From assembly GCA_002633005.1 (NCBI GenBank), contig NMRA01000447.1, forward strand, positions 219,182 through 283,181: a stretch of 64,000 nucleotides of DNA, given 5' to 3'. Origin of the DNA: Phoronis australis. Its lineage: Eukaryota; Animalia; Phoronida. The notes under the pieces were generated by a model. The model had not been told where the DNA came from and searched no databases. It saw nothing but the letters and a program-made list of their open reading frames with translations. The position numbers and the translations under genes were made by a program. Positions 52,201-64,000 of the stretch are shown one piece after another. The stretch's first letter is position 1. Each line of letters begins with the position of its first letter.

Positions 52201-53898
52201 GAAGACATCTACGTGAAGCACACCCAGACAAGAGTTCCAATACGCTGGATGTCCCCCGAGTCACTTTTTGACCATTCATATACCACTAAAAGTGACGTGT
52301 ATGCCATTTTATTTTTTTTAGTTTCTGGAGAAATTAATTAATTTCCTACCAAACATTTTTGAAGCTATTTTCATAATCCTTTCGTGTTTTACAAGACTTT
52401 CACTTTGATTTAAAATCGTTGTTTTATTAATCATAAAAATCAGTTTGTTGCCGTCTTACCTATAACATTATAATGTCAGTACGTTTCAGGTGGTCCTTTG
52501 GAATTCTGTTGTGGGAAATCGTGACATTAGGTGAGTTTTTTTAACCAAAATATTTTAGACTTGCAAAGACTTGCATGCCATGGTTTTTAACCTATACTTT
52601 GGTTATCATAAACATAATCAACAGTGTACAGGTGTTAAGCTGCCTATATTTGGTTTCTACTATTTTTGCTTGTCCTGCCTCAGTTCTCTCACTGGTAAAA
52701 TTAGTATACTTTGGACCACATAACAGGAATTCCCATAGATAAGCCTATGGGCGTGTAATCGGAATATAAAAAGTTCCAGGCGTGTTAGCAACACCAAAAA
52801 ACGTTAAGGGTTTTATTTGGAAAAGGAGATGTGTAAAAGAAAAGCTTTAGTTTTGATTGACTTGCAACTCTTTTACTTAAAACTGCGTTTTTAAATTTGT
52901 GGAGATAAATGCACCTCTTCCCTACGCCCTGTTCTTTTTCATAAATGATCTATGCTCCACAAAACTGATTTACAAAAAAATTACGCTGAGTGTGATTTTA
53001 AGAGAGAAATTCCAATAAACGCCCCCCTGTCTGAATTCTTGACATCACAAGTTGTAACACCAAATATACGCCCATGGGCGTTTCATCGGGTGGGCTTATA
53101 TTCGGAAAAAATCCGGTAGCTGATACACTGGTCACAATGGTGTTTTCACTGGGTTTGGATAGGCTGTGACTTGGTGCTTTAAGACAAGTTTTACCCTAGT
53201 CCTCTGCAATTACATATTATCACGTGTAAATTACTATATATATGTCTACCCTTTATCACGGCTATTTTTTTCAAGGACCCCTCATCTAGTGACGGCTCAG
53301 TCGAATTCTCCCATTGCGTGTGTGTTTCAGGAGGAACGCCCTACAGCGGGATATCCAGTAGTAACCTCCTGGTTATGCTCAAGACCAACTATAGGATGTC
53401 TCAGCCCTGTAACTGCAGTGATGACGTGTAAGTACGTGTCATGTGCTTCCTGTGGCGCAGGAATTAATGGCTTGACGGGGAGCGTGTTTGTGCAGTAATA
53501 GGTACAAATAGAACAACGTTTTCAATCCCCTCGTCTTACTTTGTTATCAGACCGTAATGTGGTAATTACTAGTTTCTGTCGTTTCACGCTTTCCCTTCGA
53601 CACCACATTCAGGGAATGGGTTTCATTATTGTCTGAGTTATAATTCAAAATTTTAACTCAAAACCCGACAAAACAAAAAAATCCATTTGACGGTTCTTAC
53701 GTGAATTTATATTTTGCTCTCCTCAGATACGAGTTGATGACATCATGCTGGAGCGAAGCTCCTCGCCAGCGACCAACGTTTAATGTTCTTGTTGCCATGC
53801 TAGAAGACATGTTACTTCAGAGGAAGACATTTATTTCTGTGAAGTGTGGTAACGATTTCTTGTACGAAACCATCGACACCGGGAAGGACGACCAATAG
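31275..53898 (+). CDS. FN3-repeat receptor tyrosine kinase, Tie-like kinase domain (5' end not resolved)
   Basis: Phase-consistent GT-AG exons: 31275-31485, 33364-33669, 36144-36446, 38296-38513, 39508-39571, 39721-39827, 40021-40192, 42440-42548, 44056-44326, 44716-44779, 45354-45468 ([27 protein letters not shown]), 45952-46019, 47585 or 47626-47839 (GKGSFG, VALK; only the 47585 acceptor is in phase unless a small exon is missed), 48130-48240, 51420-51598, 52114-52298 ([20 protein letters not shown]), 52490-52530, 53331-53427, 53727-53898. Confidence 0.9.
34190..34690 (-). mobile_element. BEL/Pao LTR retrotransposon gag remnant
   Basis: SRIPAP...[18 protein letters not shown]...[20 protein letters not shown] matches the Pao gag (DUF1759-type) pattern; stop codons nearby. 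Confidence 0.7.
35095..35215. repeat. Double palindrome (GAGGCC..CTATATTAATAT.GAG.GCC) x2
   Basis: Two self-complementary copies plus an enclosing CCGAAAGGCTGCCGGAG / CTCCGGCTGCCTTTCGG inverted pair. Confidence 0.7.
44866..45240. repeat. Diverged tandem duplication, about 195-bp unit x2
   Basis: TTCAGAC.TGGGGAA...TGTCAAAAT...ATTCACTTTTGAATTAA...TTTGCCTGA...CTGTAACTTTAG...GTTGTCACTTG...ATGACCCTG occurs twice, with no gap between copies. Confidence 0.8.
48818..49712. repeat. Tandem duplication, about 460-bp unit x2, preceded by a hairpin at 48721-48786
   Basis: AAACGAGAAACATTGCAATGA...CTACCTTTCTCGACTCGCCTCGGC starts at about 48818 and again at about 49279. The copies are diverged and there is no N gap. 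Confidence 0.85.
49745..50220 (+). repeat. About 220-bp tandem unit x2 containing a tRNA-like (Pol III A/B box) segment
   Basis: Copy 1: GCGTGGTGTAGTGGTT ... CCCGGGTTCGACTCCG at 49817-49873. Copy 2 keeps the A box (GCGGTGTAGTGG) but its B box has decayed. No convincing cloverleaf. Confidence 0.6.
52739..53118 (-). mobile_element. Tigger/pogo-like MITE remnant
   Basis: Minus-strand end TACCGGATTTTTTCCGAATATAAGCCCACCCG, plus an internal inverted ATGGGCGT.TA.TCGG motif. Confidence 0.4.
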
Positions 53899-56379
53899 CT
53901 TAAACACAGGGAGCAAGATCTTTAAAAGATTATTTGTACATGACAAATAGAGAAAAGTACGCTGTTGTATACACTTTTTGATGCTGTAATATTTTGCATT
54001 GCCTAATTTTAAGAATACAGTGCCATCTCCTGGCAGTGGCAATACATTCACACCTATGCCGTTTTTTGTTTTTAAGAGCTCTGTTCTTCCAGAAGTTTTG
54101 TTAGTGCATATTATGCAAACATTCGCCGTTACGACTACGAAATGTACATTCTTTTATTCTAGGCTATGCCAATATATCCCAAGTTTAGAGAGGCAGTCAT
54201 TTTAAAAGATATATCAGTACATTCTAGAACGCATCTTATTTGGGAATCTGATAGTGCGTTATGCCATCTGTGTGCCACAATTTCATGATCAGCGCAGCAC
54301 TGAAATAAGTGGGGGTTATATCACACAGCCCCGTTTGTTGCGTTCCTCCTATGCCGATGGGGTGTGCAGCACTGAGATTAGTGGGGTGCTATGGATCCCC
54401 TTGCCCCCTATGGTGCCACACCCATGGATTGACCCATTGTACAGGGAACATCACCCTTAAAACTGTTTGTAAACAGTTAGGTGTTTGACAACGCCAGCCT
54501 TGTTGAGGTGTTTGTCGCCAACCCATGCGCGCACCCAGCCTAAATATGGAGGCTCACAGTTTTGAGAATGTGGACCTTTTATTAAGATTCACGGGGTAGG
54601 CTGGGAGCTTTGAATTGTGCATTTGCCGAATTTCGGTAGTTCCAGCCTTTTTTGTGGATATTTGACTCGTGTTTTACTTTTTCGGAGTTTTTGTTTCGGC
54701 TTCGTGCCGCTTCGNCCCCCCCCCCCCCCCCCCCCTGGGTGTGCGCTTGTATGTGTATCCGGATGCTGTAGTAAATGCAATCGAAATTACTTTCAAAAAA
54801 CTTGCAACGCTGTTCATGGTTTTAAAATTGAATGTATGTCAAGGTGTTATTTCGTCATGTTGCTTTTGAATTGCTTACATGTCTATTAGTATTCATGCAA
54901 ATGTTATGATTAAGCTGAATCTATACCTGTCTGAACATTTTGGTGCTTTACTGAAGTGTAGATACATGTATTTGGCAGGTTGTCAACTTAATACTTCAAC
55001 AACTACACATTGGGGATCAATATATATTTTACATAAACAGAATGCATCATAACTTTCGTTCAATTTCCATTTGAGTTTCTGTGAGTTAAGCTATGCTCAG
55101 GAAAATGTAATTAATGTAATTTTCCAACGAAGAACGATTTTAATGTTTGAATTGAGTGGTCTTATAATGCTTAGAGGTTTTCATTGCATGTGTTTGATTG
55201 AACTTAGCTCAAGCATTACAGGTATTCACGTGATAATCACATGCAAATTGTTTGCTTCAGCAATTTCTCAGATTTGGAATCGAAATCTTGAATATATTTT
55301 TTGGATTTCTATCTCGATTCTAAGGGATATCATATACGTGTACAAAAAACACAGTGTACTCGAACACAGACTCAGACTAACAGACATGTATCTTGTATTC
55401 ACTCAAAAGTAAAGCAAAAAATGTCACGCTACTTCTGGGTTCGATTTTGAGTACAAAGATTAAATCCCAGCCCCTTGTTAGAGTCAATTTATCAATTTAC
55501 ACAAACCTTATCTTGATAACCTCTTATTGTAGAGAAAACGACGTTCAGAGTCAAAAAACGGGTCACGATCAATTCAAATAAACACATCTACAATTTTGGG
55601 CGGGAAACCATCTGAAAATGAAATATATTGCCCGTTTCAAATTTATGGGCAATGGAAACGCCAGAGCTGTTGCGTATTTGTTACCGAGTGGAGATCACGG
55701 CCATCTCTGCTAATCGTTCGCTTGGAAATACACTGCATATCCAAAAACTGTGATAATCAAGACGTTTTCTATCGTTTTCGCATAGATTATGATATGTAGG
55801 TATACTCGTATATGTACAAATAAAATCAATTAATCACAATGTTCTCTCGAATTTTAACACATTTGTAGCGTGGTCACTGCGTTCTATGTAGACTAAAGAT
55901 TTTCAGAAATTGTATGCTTTTGCTGAGTTAATTTCTCTACCTTTTCCATTCTTATTTGGCTAAATGTACAGAAAAGTCGATTAGCTCTTACATAACCTAC
56001 ACATAACCAAACTTGTCTACATGTATTTAAATAGCTACTTTGGAAAAGTTGCATTTTGCTTCCACAAACTACATGTAAATGATTTGCTCATTAGACGTAC
56101 ATGTACAGTAGGTAACGGTCATCTCGCCATTCTCACTGATCAGACATTTATTTATCAAATGGGGAATAACGAGCCACCATCGTCTTAAACACGTTTTCAT
56201 CAATAGACTGTCCAACCGACTACTGCGTTGGTTCCCACCATGCATTTAATTAGTTTTTGAGATTTCAGTTATCTAATATGAAACGAATACCATGAAGTCT
56301 AGTTAAATAAGCACATTTTATGCCAAATAGTTGCGATTTTTTTAATTTTGAAGAACAATTAGTTATTTATAAGTTTCCC

Positions 56380-57319
56380 GCCATATGATGCACCGGGTGG
56401 AAGATGGTTGGCCACTTGACAATCAATTGGAACGTTGGAACACGTTAGGTCAGGAAACGAGGACGATTTTGAGCGAGAACTGGGTAATTTGATGCAGACA
56501 GAGAGGATAGTGGATACGGGCATCACACTCAAGTACAGTACTTGAAGAATCACACAGTGAATTCGATTTCCCAGTAAGCGAGCTTTCGTCGGGTTTGAGG
56601 CTTTGAACTCGACCGACTTGCACGAGAAATGCTGCAGACATATGTGAGCACAACCAACCGCACAAGGGGGTTGTCAGTATTCACAAAATAGACACTCAAT
56701 CTCTGACACAGGCCACAGTAAACCTGAGTTACTCGTATTCACTTTTGTCAGGAGGGATGAGCACAGTCTAAACCAATTGTACATGTAGGCTTATAAGTGT
56801 AGCGCTCGATCTGGGTCGGGTTCGATAGCCTGCCATCACTTACAAGGTGGCGAATCCTCCATCGTAATTCCGTGTTTGTGTGTGGTCGAAATACGATTAT
56901 TTGAAATGTGCCGAAGAAAGTGTGCAGTGAATTCCGACTGAATTGCATGTTCCACACTGACCGTATCCACACTCTCATCCGGCGCGCAAACCGATGCCAG
57001 ATCGCTGTGCAACTTTGACGTATTTAGGAAATTCGAACATAAAGCCGTTCTCAGTCAAGTTGTTGTTACAACAGCCTCCACAAACGCACCTTTTCATGTC
57101 TGAAAAAGGCGGTTCTACGCGGAGATTTCTCATAACTCCTCAATAACGCAGTGGCGGGGATGATCTTCCACATTGCGTACAAACCAGACTGAAACAGAAA
57201 AGTGTTTTTATTACGTTTTGGCTTGTTTTTAGCAACAAGTGTTCTAAAGGCTATTAAATCTCTTAAGGTGTATTAAAAAAAGGCCTTTGAGACACAGGGT
57301 CACAGTGGGAGGTCTTTAA
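56380..57319 (-). mobile_element. Decayed THAP-encoding, TTAA-ended element (probable Kolobok)
   Basis: Minus strand begins TTAAAGACCTCCC. From the ATG at 57097: MKRCVCGGCCNN...FEFPK, frameshift, IWHRFARRMRVW, frameshift, CTLSSAHFK*SYFD. Confidence 0.6.
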
Positions 57320-60216
57320 ATATGCTTTCGCGGGCGTTTTTTAAAACGTGATTTAACTACTAAACACGCTACTTTCCTGTTACATTTTTGTTCTTGAAAA
57401 TACATGTTAACGAGGTAATAACACGTTGTGTGGAACCCGTCTTGTACAAACCAGTTTTGCCTTGCCGTTAAGTCCAAATGCCATCATGCTTAAACTAATT
57501 TAATACTCACGGCTTTCCCCTTGGTTTCCCGATAAACTGAAATAAAACTTTTATATGTATTTCTTGGCCATATACTGCGTGCATAAAGAAACAAATGGGT
57601 GTGTCGAGACAATTGGCTTTAGCACAGTACTTCCTCCAGGAATTATGACAGCAAGTATTTCTGGTCCTGGGCCTCCAAACTCTGCCTCTCATAGAGGAGG
57701 CTGATTTACATTAACCGTAAATCGAAAGACACAGACTCTAATCTACATGACTATCGTTGAGCGTAGAGAATTTTCAAAAACCGAAGTTGGACAATGTATA
57801 AAAAGCTAATAGACAGGTAGTCCAGGATCAAAAGGACAACGAAAAAAACGGTTTGGAGTTACTCAGTGTGATAATCGACAACTTTGCCTCATTGCAAACT
57901 ATGCTTTTGTGTTCTGGCTAAGCAACTAAGCAACAGATGTAACGAAATGTTAAGTTTATTGGCTAGCCTTTGTCTACGTCACCGTTTAATTCAAACGAAT
58001 AACACCCGCACGCAACGTTGTTCTAATCAGTTTTTCACAAGTGGAACTGACATGCGCCTTGCTCAGTAAGTAAATTACTTGAATAAGCAAGTGTACTTGT
58101 AATTTGTTTTCTTGCATAGGCATATTGGCCAAATTATGACCACAAACAGTGTAACCAAAAAGTCTCGTGTTTCTCACAAACCATGTCTTTATAAATGCTA
58201 TAGGTACAATCAGACGCAGCAATGTACACAATCGATGATTTATTAAGGAATTTATCGTTTTTTTAAAAATCAGTCCAAGAAGCCAGTAACAAGGATTCGT
58301 ACAATTAATGGTTTCTTGATCGATGTAATTTGGGAGAGTTTGATGACATAGAGGTTGGTTTCAATACAGATCATCTCTGCGTAGTCGAAAAAAACACTTA
58401 GCTCTGCTTAACGGATGTAATATCAAATGACGTTGGCGAAAGACACGTTGGAAAATGTGGGCTACTACGTAATACATGTTTCAAGAAAATGGTGGAGTGT
58501 AAAAGTAACCCATGTAGAGCCTTGGCCGTGTAGTGTTCCACAAACCCTGTTTTAAAACGTCATAAATACAGTAACTCATATGTCTACGTTAACCAGCCGG
58601 TAACGTTTTAAGAATTCATGGTGAAGGCGAGGAAAACCTGGCGTACGTTCAGTAACGCTAGGTCCTACTCTTGGACCAAGCTAAATCTAGCCTAAGTCAC
58701 TTGTTCCCATTTAAAACAGACAGCAACATACATGCATGGGCAGCACATCATGGGGGGTTGGGGGGAGGGTTCTATAGTCTCGCACTTAAGCCAGTGCTGC
58801 GGTGTTCATGGCCATTGGCAGAGTACAATGTTCGGTGTGTACCATTGTTGGGCTGAGAGGCTATAGCCCCCACTTATTTCAGTGCTGCGCAGCCCATGAC
58901 ATGTCAACCAGTTTTTACTCTACCAATAGTATTTTTTTAGCAAAACAAAAACATAACACAGACAAAACGAGTCCAAATATGAACAAGTGTGAAAAAATAT
59001 TTCACATAACTATCTAATAAATGTTTTCCATTCCGTAACCTTGGCTGTTGCCGTGCTCCGCGGTATCTTTTTTGACCAGCAAGGTACGTGATACAATTTT
59101 TCGGCGAAAGAGATTGCCATTGTAAGCCAAACCGTGGATTAAAAGACTTTATGAGGAACATTACCAACAATGCGTAATCGATTTACGATTAATCTAGCAC
59201 TTTGTCGCTGTGCTGTAGCATTATGCAAATGACACAAATACGTACCTAATCTTTAAATCCCGTATTGGTTGACATGTATGCTGCAATATCTCACGTACCT
59301 TCGCGAAGTTATGGTTTTTTGTGAGGTCCTTGTGTTATGGAACGCGAAACTGGAATGCCGTTTTGATGTTCCTGTTGCTCTGCAACTGCATGCATGTTGG
59401 TAGACAGAACGGTACCTTTGTCGTTATATGTACTGTACGTAAAGAGTGCCATGTCTTGTTCGTGAACTAGTATTATCCCAAAGTATTACTATTAATTAAT
59501 TATTTACTAAATAATCTTCACCAAACTTGATGTACGACGAAAGTGCCGCAGTATGCCTTCGGGTGGCTCTAACACAGCAGAGTGTATACGGCGACATTTT
59601 AGGGCACGTCGAACTGCTTTTATGTATGTCCTCAATAATTTTTGGACATAAAGTTCATTTCAAATCACTGAAAAATAGCCAACCCTTGCTGTGCATAGTT
59701 GACGGAGAAATAGCACAGGTTACCAATGGATTTCCACCATTTAATATGTATTTTTAGCCATGCGATGGAAAAGATGGATACATCGGAGCCTGCTTGTCAG
59801 TTAGTCTACGTAATCAAACGATCCACAGATGTGCACAAATCTTATTAGCTTAAAATTACTTATTTTTTTTCAAAACACATGATTTAATCGCCATTACAAG
59901 GCACTTCAATTGTCTTATTTGGCATGTACAAATTTAGTGCTTTCCCATCGATATGTTATGTGTTGAACAATCATGTACTTCGTGTTATCAGTGTAAAAAC
60001 GCCTGGCTGAAGAGGACTTTTGCACTAGGGTCAAACTTTATCAATTCCACTGTATAGACATTTAAAACCAGCGTCAATGTACTGTGGGATTTCAATTTCT
60101 TCCAAGGCAAAAGAGGATAATTTGGGTGATGTACAGGTACTAGGTGCGACTCAGAGTCCGTGTAGCTGTATATGTACATCCGACCATCACCAGGAAGTAA
60201 AAGGATTTTATCCAAA

Positions 60217-60262
60217 ATGGCGCGTCATAAGGCATTACTGGTGGCGTTACTTCATCTTCTGG
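60217..60262 (+). CDS. Possible first exon (signal peptide) of a downstream gene
   Basis: CAAAATGGCG start context, MARHKALLVALLHLL, and a consensus donor G|GTAAGT. Downstream exons were not resolved. Confidence 0.45.
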
Positions 60263-63200
60263 GTAAGTGCATGTAAATTGTGGTTATTCACCTACTGTAC
60301 ACAAAATCACATTCTTTTGTTGCCATAACACCACCAGATGTTGTTGTCCATGAAACATGCTCCACTCATGGCATATAGGTTTTTAATTAGAATTATACTT
60401 AGCAAGTTCGTTTCTACTTCAGTGACAAGTTTTACACTTGTGGTTACGCAACATGGAAGTGAATCAGCATGATTCGTTCACAAATCATTGCAGAATCACT
60501 GGAATATTTGCGGCACATTTATTGTCCAACTGTAGTGACCAAGATATCAATACAACGTGAACGAAAATGTGCACGAGCCATGTCCAAATTTCTGCCCTAA
60601 GACCTTCTTTCCGCACGAACTTGAAAATTCGTCAGGTTTCCACTACAACACACGAGAACGCACAAACACGCGGCATTCTAAGCCTGCAGTCGTGTTTACG
60701 TTTTTTCTCATTTTCATGGTACTTATATTTGTCCATCTTTTAATATTGTTCAAATGCCTTTGAACTATTAGTAAAAGGGAATTTCACATTTTACAAATTG
60801 TATCATAAAGACCAATAAAATGATTGAGTTGAGATTTCATGAGACTACTCCGCTTTTGTACAAAAATTACCCTGTTAATAGTATCATTCTATTCAACGCA
60901 ACGAAGCCTAGAAAATCACTTCCGTGACTAATTATTCGGGGCAATATAATTTCGGTGGTTTAAGTGTCCTTACTTACTTTACGAATAAAAAAGTTCCCAA
61001 GGTTCGACTTCCACTTTTTAGAGAAATTGAACAAAAATTGTAATTTTGCAAAACATGGCGCAGAAAACCGTTATTTAAAATCCAAAAACATTGGGGAAAA
61101 ATGAATGATAAGTCAATTTTGGGTTTGCTCATTTGAAGTTACTAGACGGAAAAGTATTAAATAATTTGAAATTATTTGCCAAACGTGTGGCAAAGAAAAT
61201 ATTTATTTTAGCATAGCCGCCTTTTGGAAAAAAACATTTCAGTTTATTCTGAGGTCATATCAAAAGAATGCTGTTTTTAACCATTGAGAACATCATAAAG
61301 ACTTGATATCTAAATCAAAGTATGGTTAATTTAACATTCCCAATGACCCCGCCCTGCCACAAAAATATAATAGCATAAGCTTGAAGAAATATGTAGTTTA
61401 TTAATTTATTAATCCCTGTAATTAACTTGGAACTTGTACGCTAATTCATTAGCTTTGTGATTGCTTGGTCTAATTAGTTATAAACACAACATACAATGAA
61501 GATGTGAATATGAAATAGGTTAAATGATTTTTGTGTTGAAAGTGATCCGCCGTAATTAACTCAACTGTGTCCAGCAAGTATCGTGACTGGTGTTGGAGAG
61601 TAACACTGCATGAAGCGGATTATGTGGACCCTCAAGGTACGTCGTAACTGCGAAGGTCACATACAGCGTATATGTAGATTTTTTGTTTTCACATTTACAG
61701 TTGTCAATGAATAAAATGCACTTTGTTTAGATTATATTGGGTAAAATCGTATTTTTTGAGTTTCTCTAATATATTAGCAATTAGTTAGGGGCATACGAAT
61801 CAACTTTTAAAGCGGGCGACCACCGGCAGCGTCGCCTAAAGGTTATAAATGAAATGACAGGTCATGGGATCACCTAAATTTAGACGAAAAATCTTGTTGT
61901 CGACATGAAAATGGCGGAGACCACTGGAAGCCGTCATTACAATATTGCATAGTTGACATGTCATATACTTCCAAACTTTCTCGATCAGGTAGGTAATCTG
62001 ATCTAGCGGTAGCAGTGAAAATCTCTCATTCCTTCTGACAATGGGCTTGTAGAAGGTCCAATCATTGCATTGACCTTTTTGTGGCAGTTTGTCACAAAAT
62101 TCAATTTTGTACGTCTGTCACTACTAGCAACCATCTGAGGAGACAGTAGTTGAAAATTCACGCTTCATTTTTTTCTTTCGAATGATCAGTGATAGGATGA
62201 AAGGTTTATCGTTGGTAGTCAGCGAAAACATCTGTGTGCTTAGTTTGCGCTAAAAAGAGGCTATTAACACTTTTTGAGTCGTTTTTGTAAAATACGACCA
62301 TCGTGCTCAACATGACGGGATAGTTAAACTTGGTTTTCCTCGGTCAGACAAGTGTTTGCCTGTTATTTAATTAGCGAAACGCCGCAACCAGCCGCCCAGT
62401 CTCTTGCCAGATAATAACCATATAACCAATGGCACAATTTGATTAGATGTTAGTTGTTTTATTATAATTTAAAGTACATATTAGATTTGTGCAGAAGGCT
62501 GTACGTTCAGCACTTCACCTGAAAAAAATATCTTTTTGTGGGTCAAGTTTTTCGTTATGACTCGTTAAAACATTTTGTGTCGGTACAACTAAGGATAAAG
62601 GCTGCAATATTCAAATCATCCAGGTCGAACAAAAACTCGAATTAAAAATAAAAAGACCAATTGAAACTGCAATGTCTTCATTAATTTGAGAATATACAAA
62701 TGAAGAAAATGTACTCTTTTACAAACAATACCGGGTCTTAACGTGTAGCGGGAAATACCCGAGAACTAGCTGCAACTACAATCTCGCAAAAGACTATTTG
62801 TGCATATGCCTACCCGGGGGCTCAACGGGCTCGAAGGAGTCCCCGATTTGGTGACGTGGGCAAAATGTCCAACTCACATTAACAAAAAGTAAGAAAAACG
62901 TAGAAAATGACAATGGTCCACTATCAAGACAGGAACTACCAAAATTCGGTGAATAGACAATTCACAAGTTTGAACACAGTGGCGGATTAAGAGGTGGCCA
63001 TAAAGTTCTCTTAAATCCATTTGACAGTTCGGGGATGCAAACTTCTGACGAGCAAATTCCTGGCAAATAATCTAACCTGTCCCTCCCTAACTCGAAATCC
63101 TGGATCCACCCATGGAACGTGCCCCCTAAATCTTCCTAACTGTCCACTTTTTCAAAAATTCGAGCCCCCCTTTTGTTCGAGACCATCTTATGCAATAGTT

Positions 63201-64000
63201 CATCGTTACCCTAATGAAAAAGGCACAGCGCTTATTTTTCGTTCATTTCACCACCAAATACCGAGTAGTTACCATTCGTAGTTACCATGACATTTATAAA
63301 TTCACACTTGGTTTTAGGTGCATTCCTTAAACCGCAATTTATTCACACGCTGTTTCTCTTCATGAATATACTTTTGGACACAGTTCTCCAGGAAAGTCAC
63401 AGGGTGGAGCTTGCTAAAAAATTAAATATTCATGTTAACTTTGGATCACGGGTGATTTTTACCTGTGTACATGTCTCAAATTTTAAACACTGCATATTTT
63501 CATAACACTGTCTGAAAAAGAACTTAGATTTCATAAAAATCAGTATTGATCAAGTACTGCACGTTAGTAAAAACTGCCGCTTGTTCATTTGAGTTTGTAA
63601 TGGCCACTTGATTGCAAATTCCCAAGGGTAGAGACAACCTTGGAACCCAAACCAGAAGCTAATTTTTCAACTTCGGAAATATGAGATATTTAACCTCGAT
63701 TTATGTTTTTCAAGTAGAGTACTTACATCGATCAGTTGGGAAGGTATTCATTTCCTTTTCTTGGTGTGGTTGTTTGTAAATTTTATCCCATATCGTGTTC
63801 TGTCAAATTATACCTTCTGGAGGCAGAACGTGTTTCTTCGTTAAGCGCTATTAAACAGAACTTACAACTTTTTGGTTTTCTACAAATAATACAGTGTACC
63901 AGACCCTGCATTCACTCAAGACGTTTCCTGGATCAGCTTGACATTTTTGTTGTTTGAATGGTCTTTGAATTTTTGTGGCACCAGAAAAGTTTATGTTAAC

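Overview
AT-rich, intron-rich eukaryotic DNA, most likely from a marine invertebrate (inferred from spliceosomal GT-AG introns, frequent TACATGTA motifs and the repeat families present). Three spliced host genes can be reconstructed by hand. (1) A group III (bee-venom type) secreted phospholipase A2 on the + strand, with its last two exons at 2266-4296. (2) An atypical Shaw/Kv3-like potassium channel on the - strand (4 exons, 28452-9688, about 533 aa). It has a degenerate S4, a PVP-to-TVP gate change and a roughly 130-aa S/T-rich S1-S2 loop. (3) A large + strand receptor tyrosine kinase (about 19 exons, 31275-53898). It joins FN3 repeats, a furin site and a receptor-PTP-like membrane-proximal module to a Tie-like kinase. 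The introns hold many mobile elements: an internally deleted Kolobok transposon (TTAA TSD, about 157-bp TIRs, convergent THAP-transposase and KolX/P2X7-ballast-like genes), two further decayed THAP elements, a MITE nested in a copy of itself with two 9-bp TSDs, a Helentron-type HINE, LINE and BEL/Pao remnants, tRNA-like SINE heads and small MITEs. Three apparent tandem duplications flank single-N gaps and are probably uncollapsed haplotypes. All homology calls come from motif recognition by eye; no searches were run.
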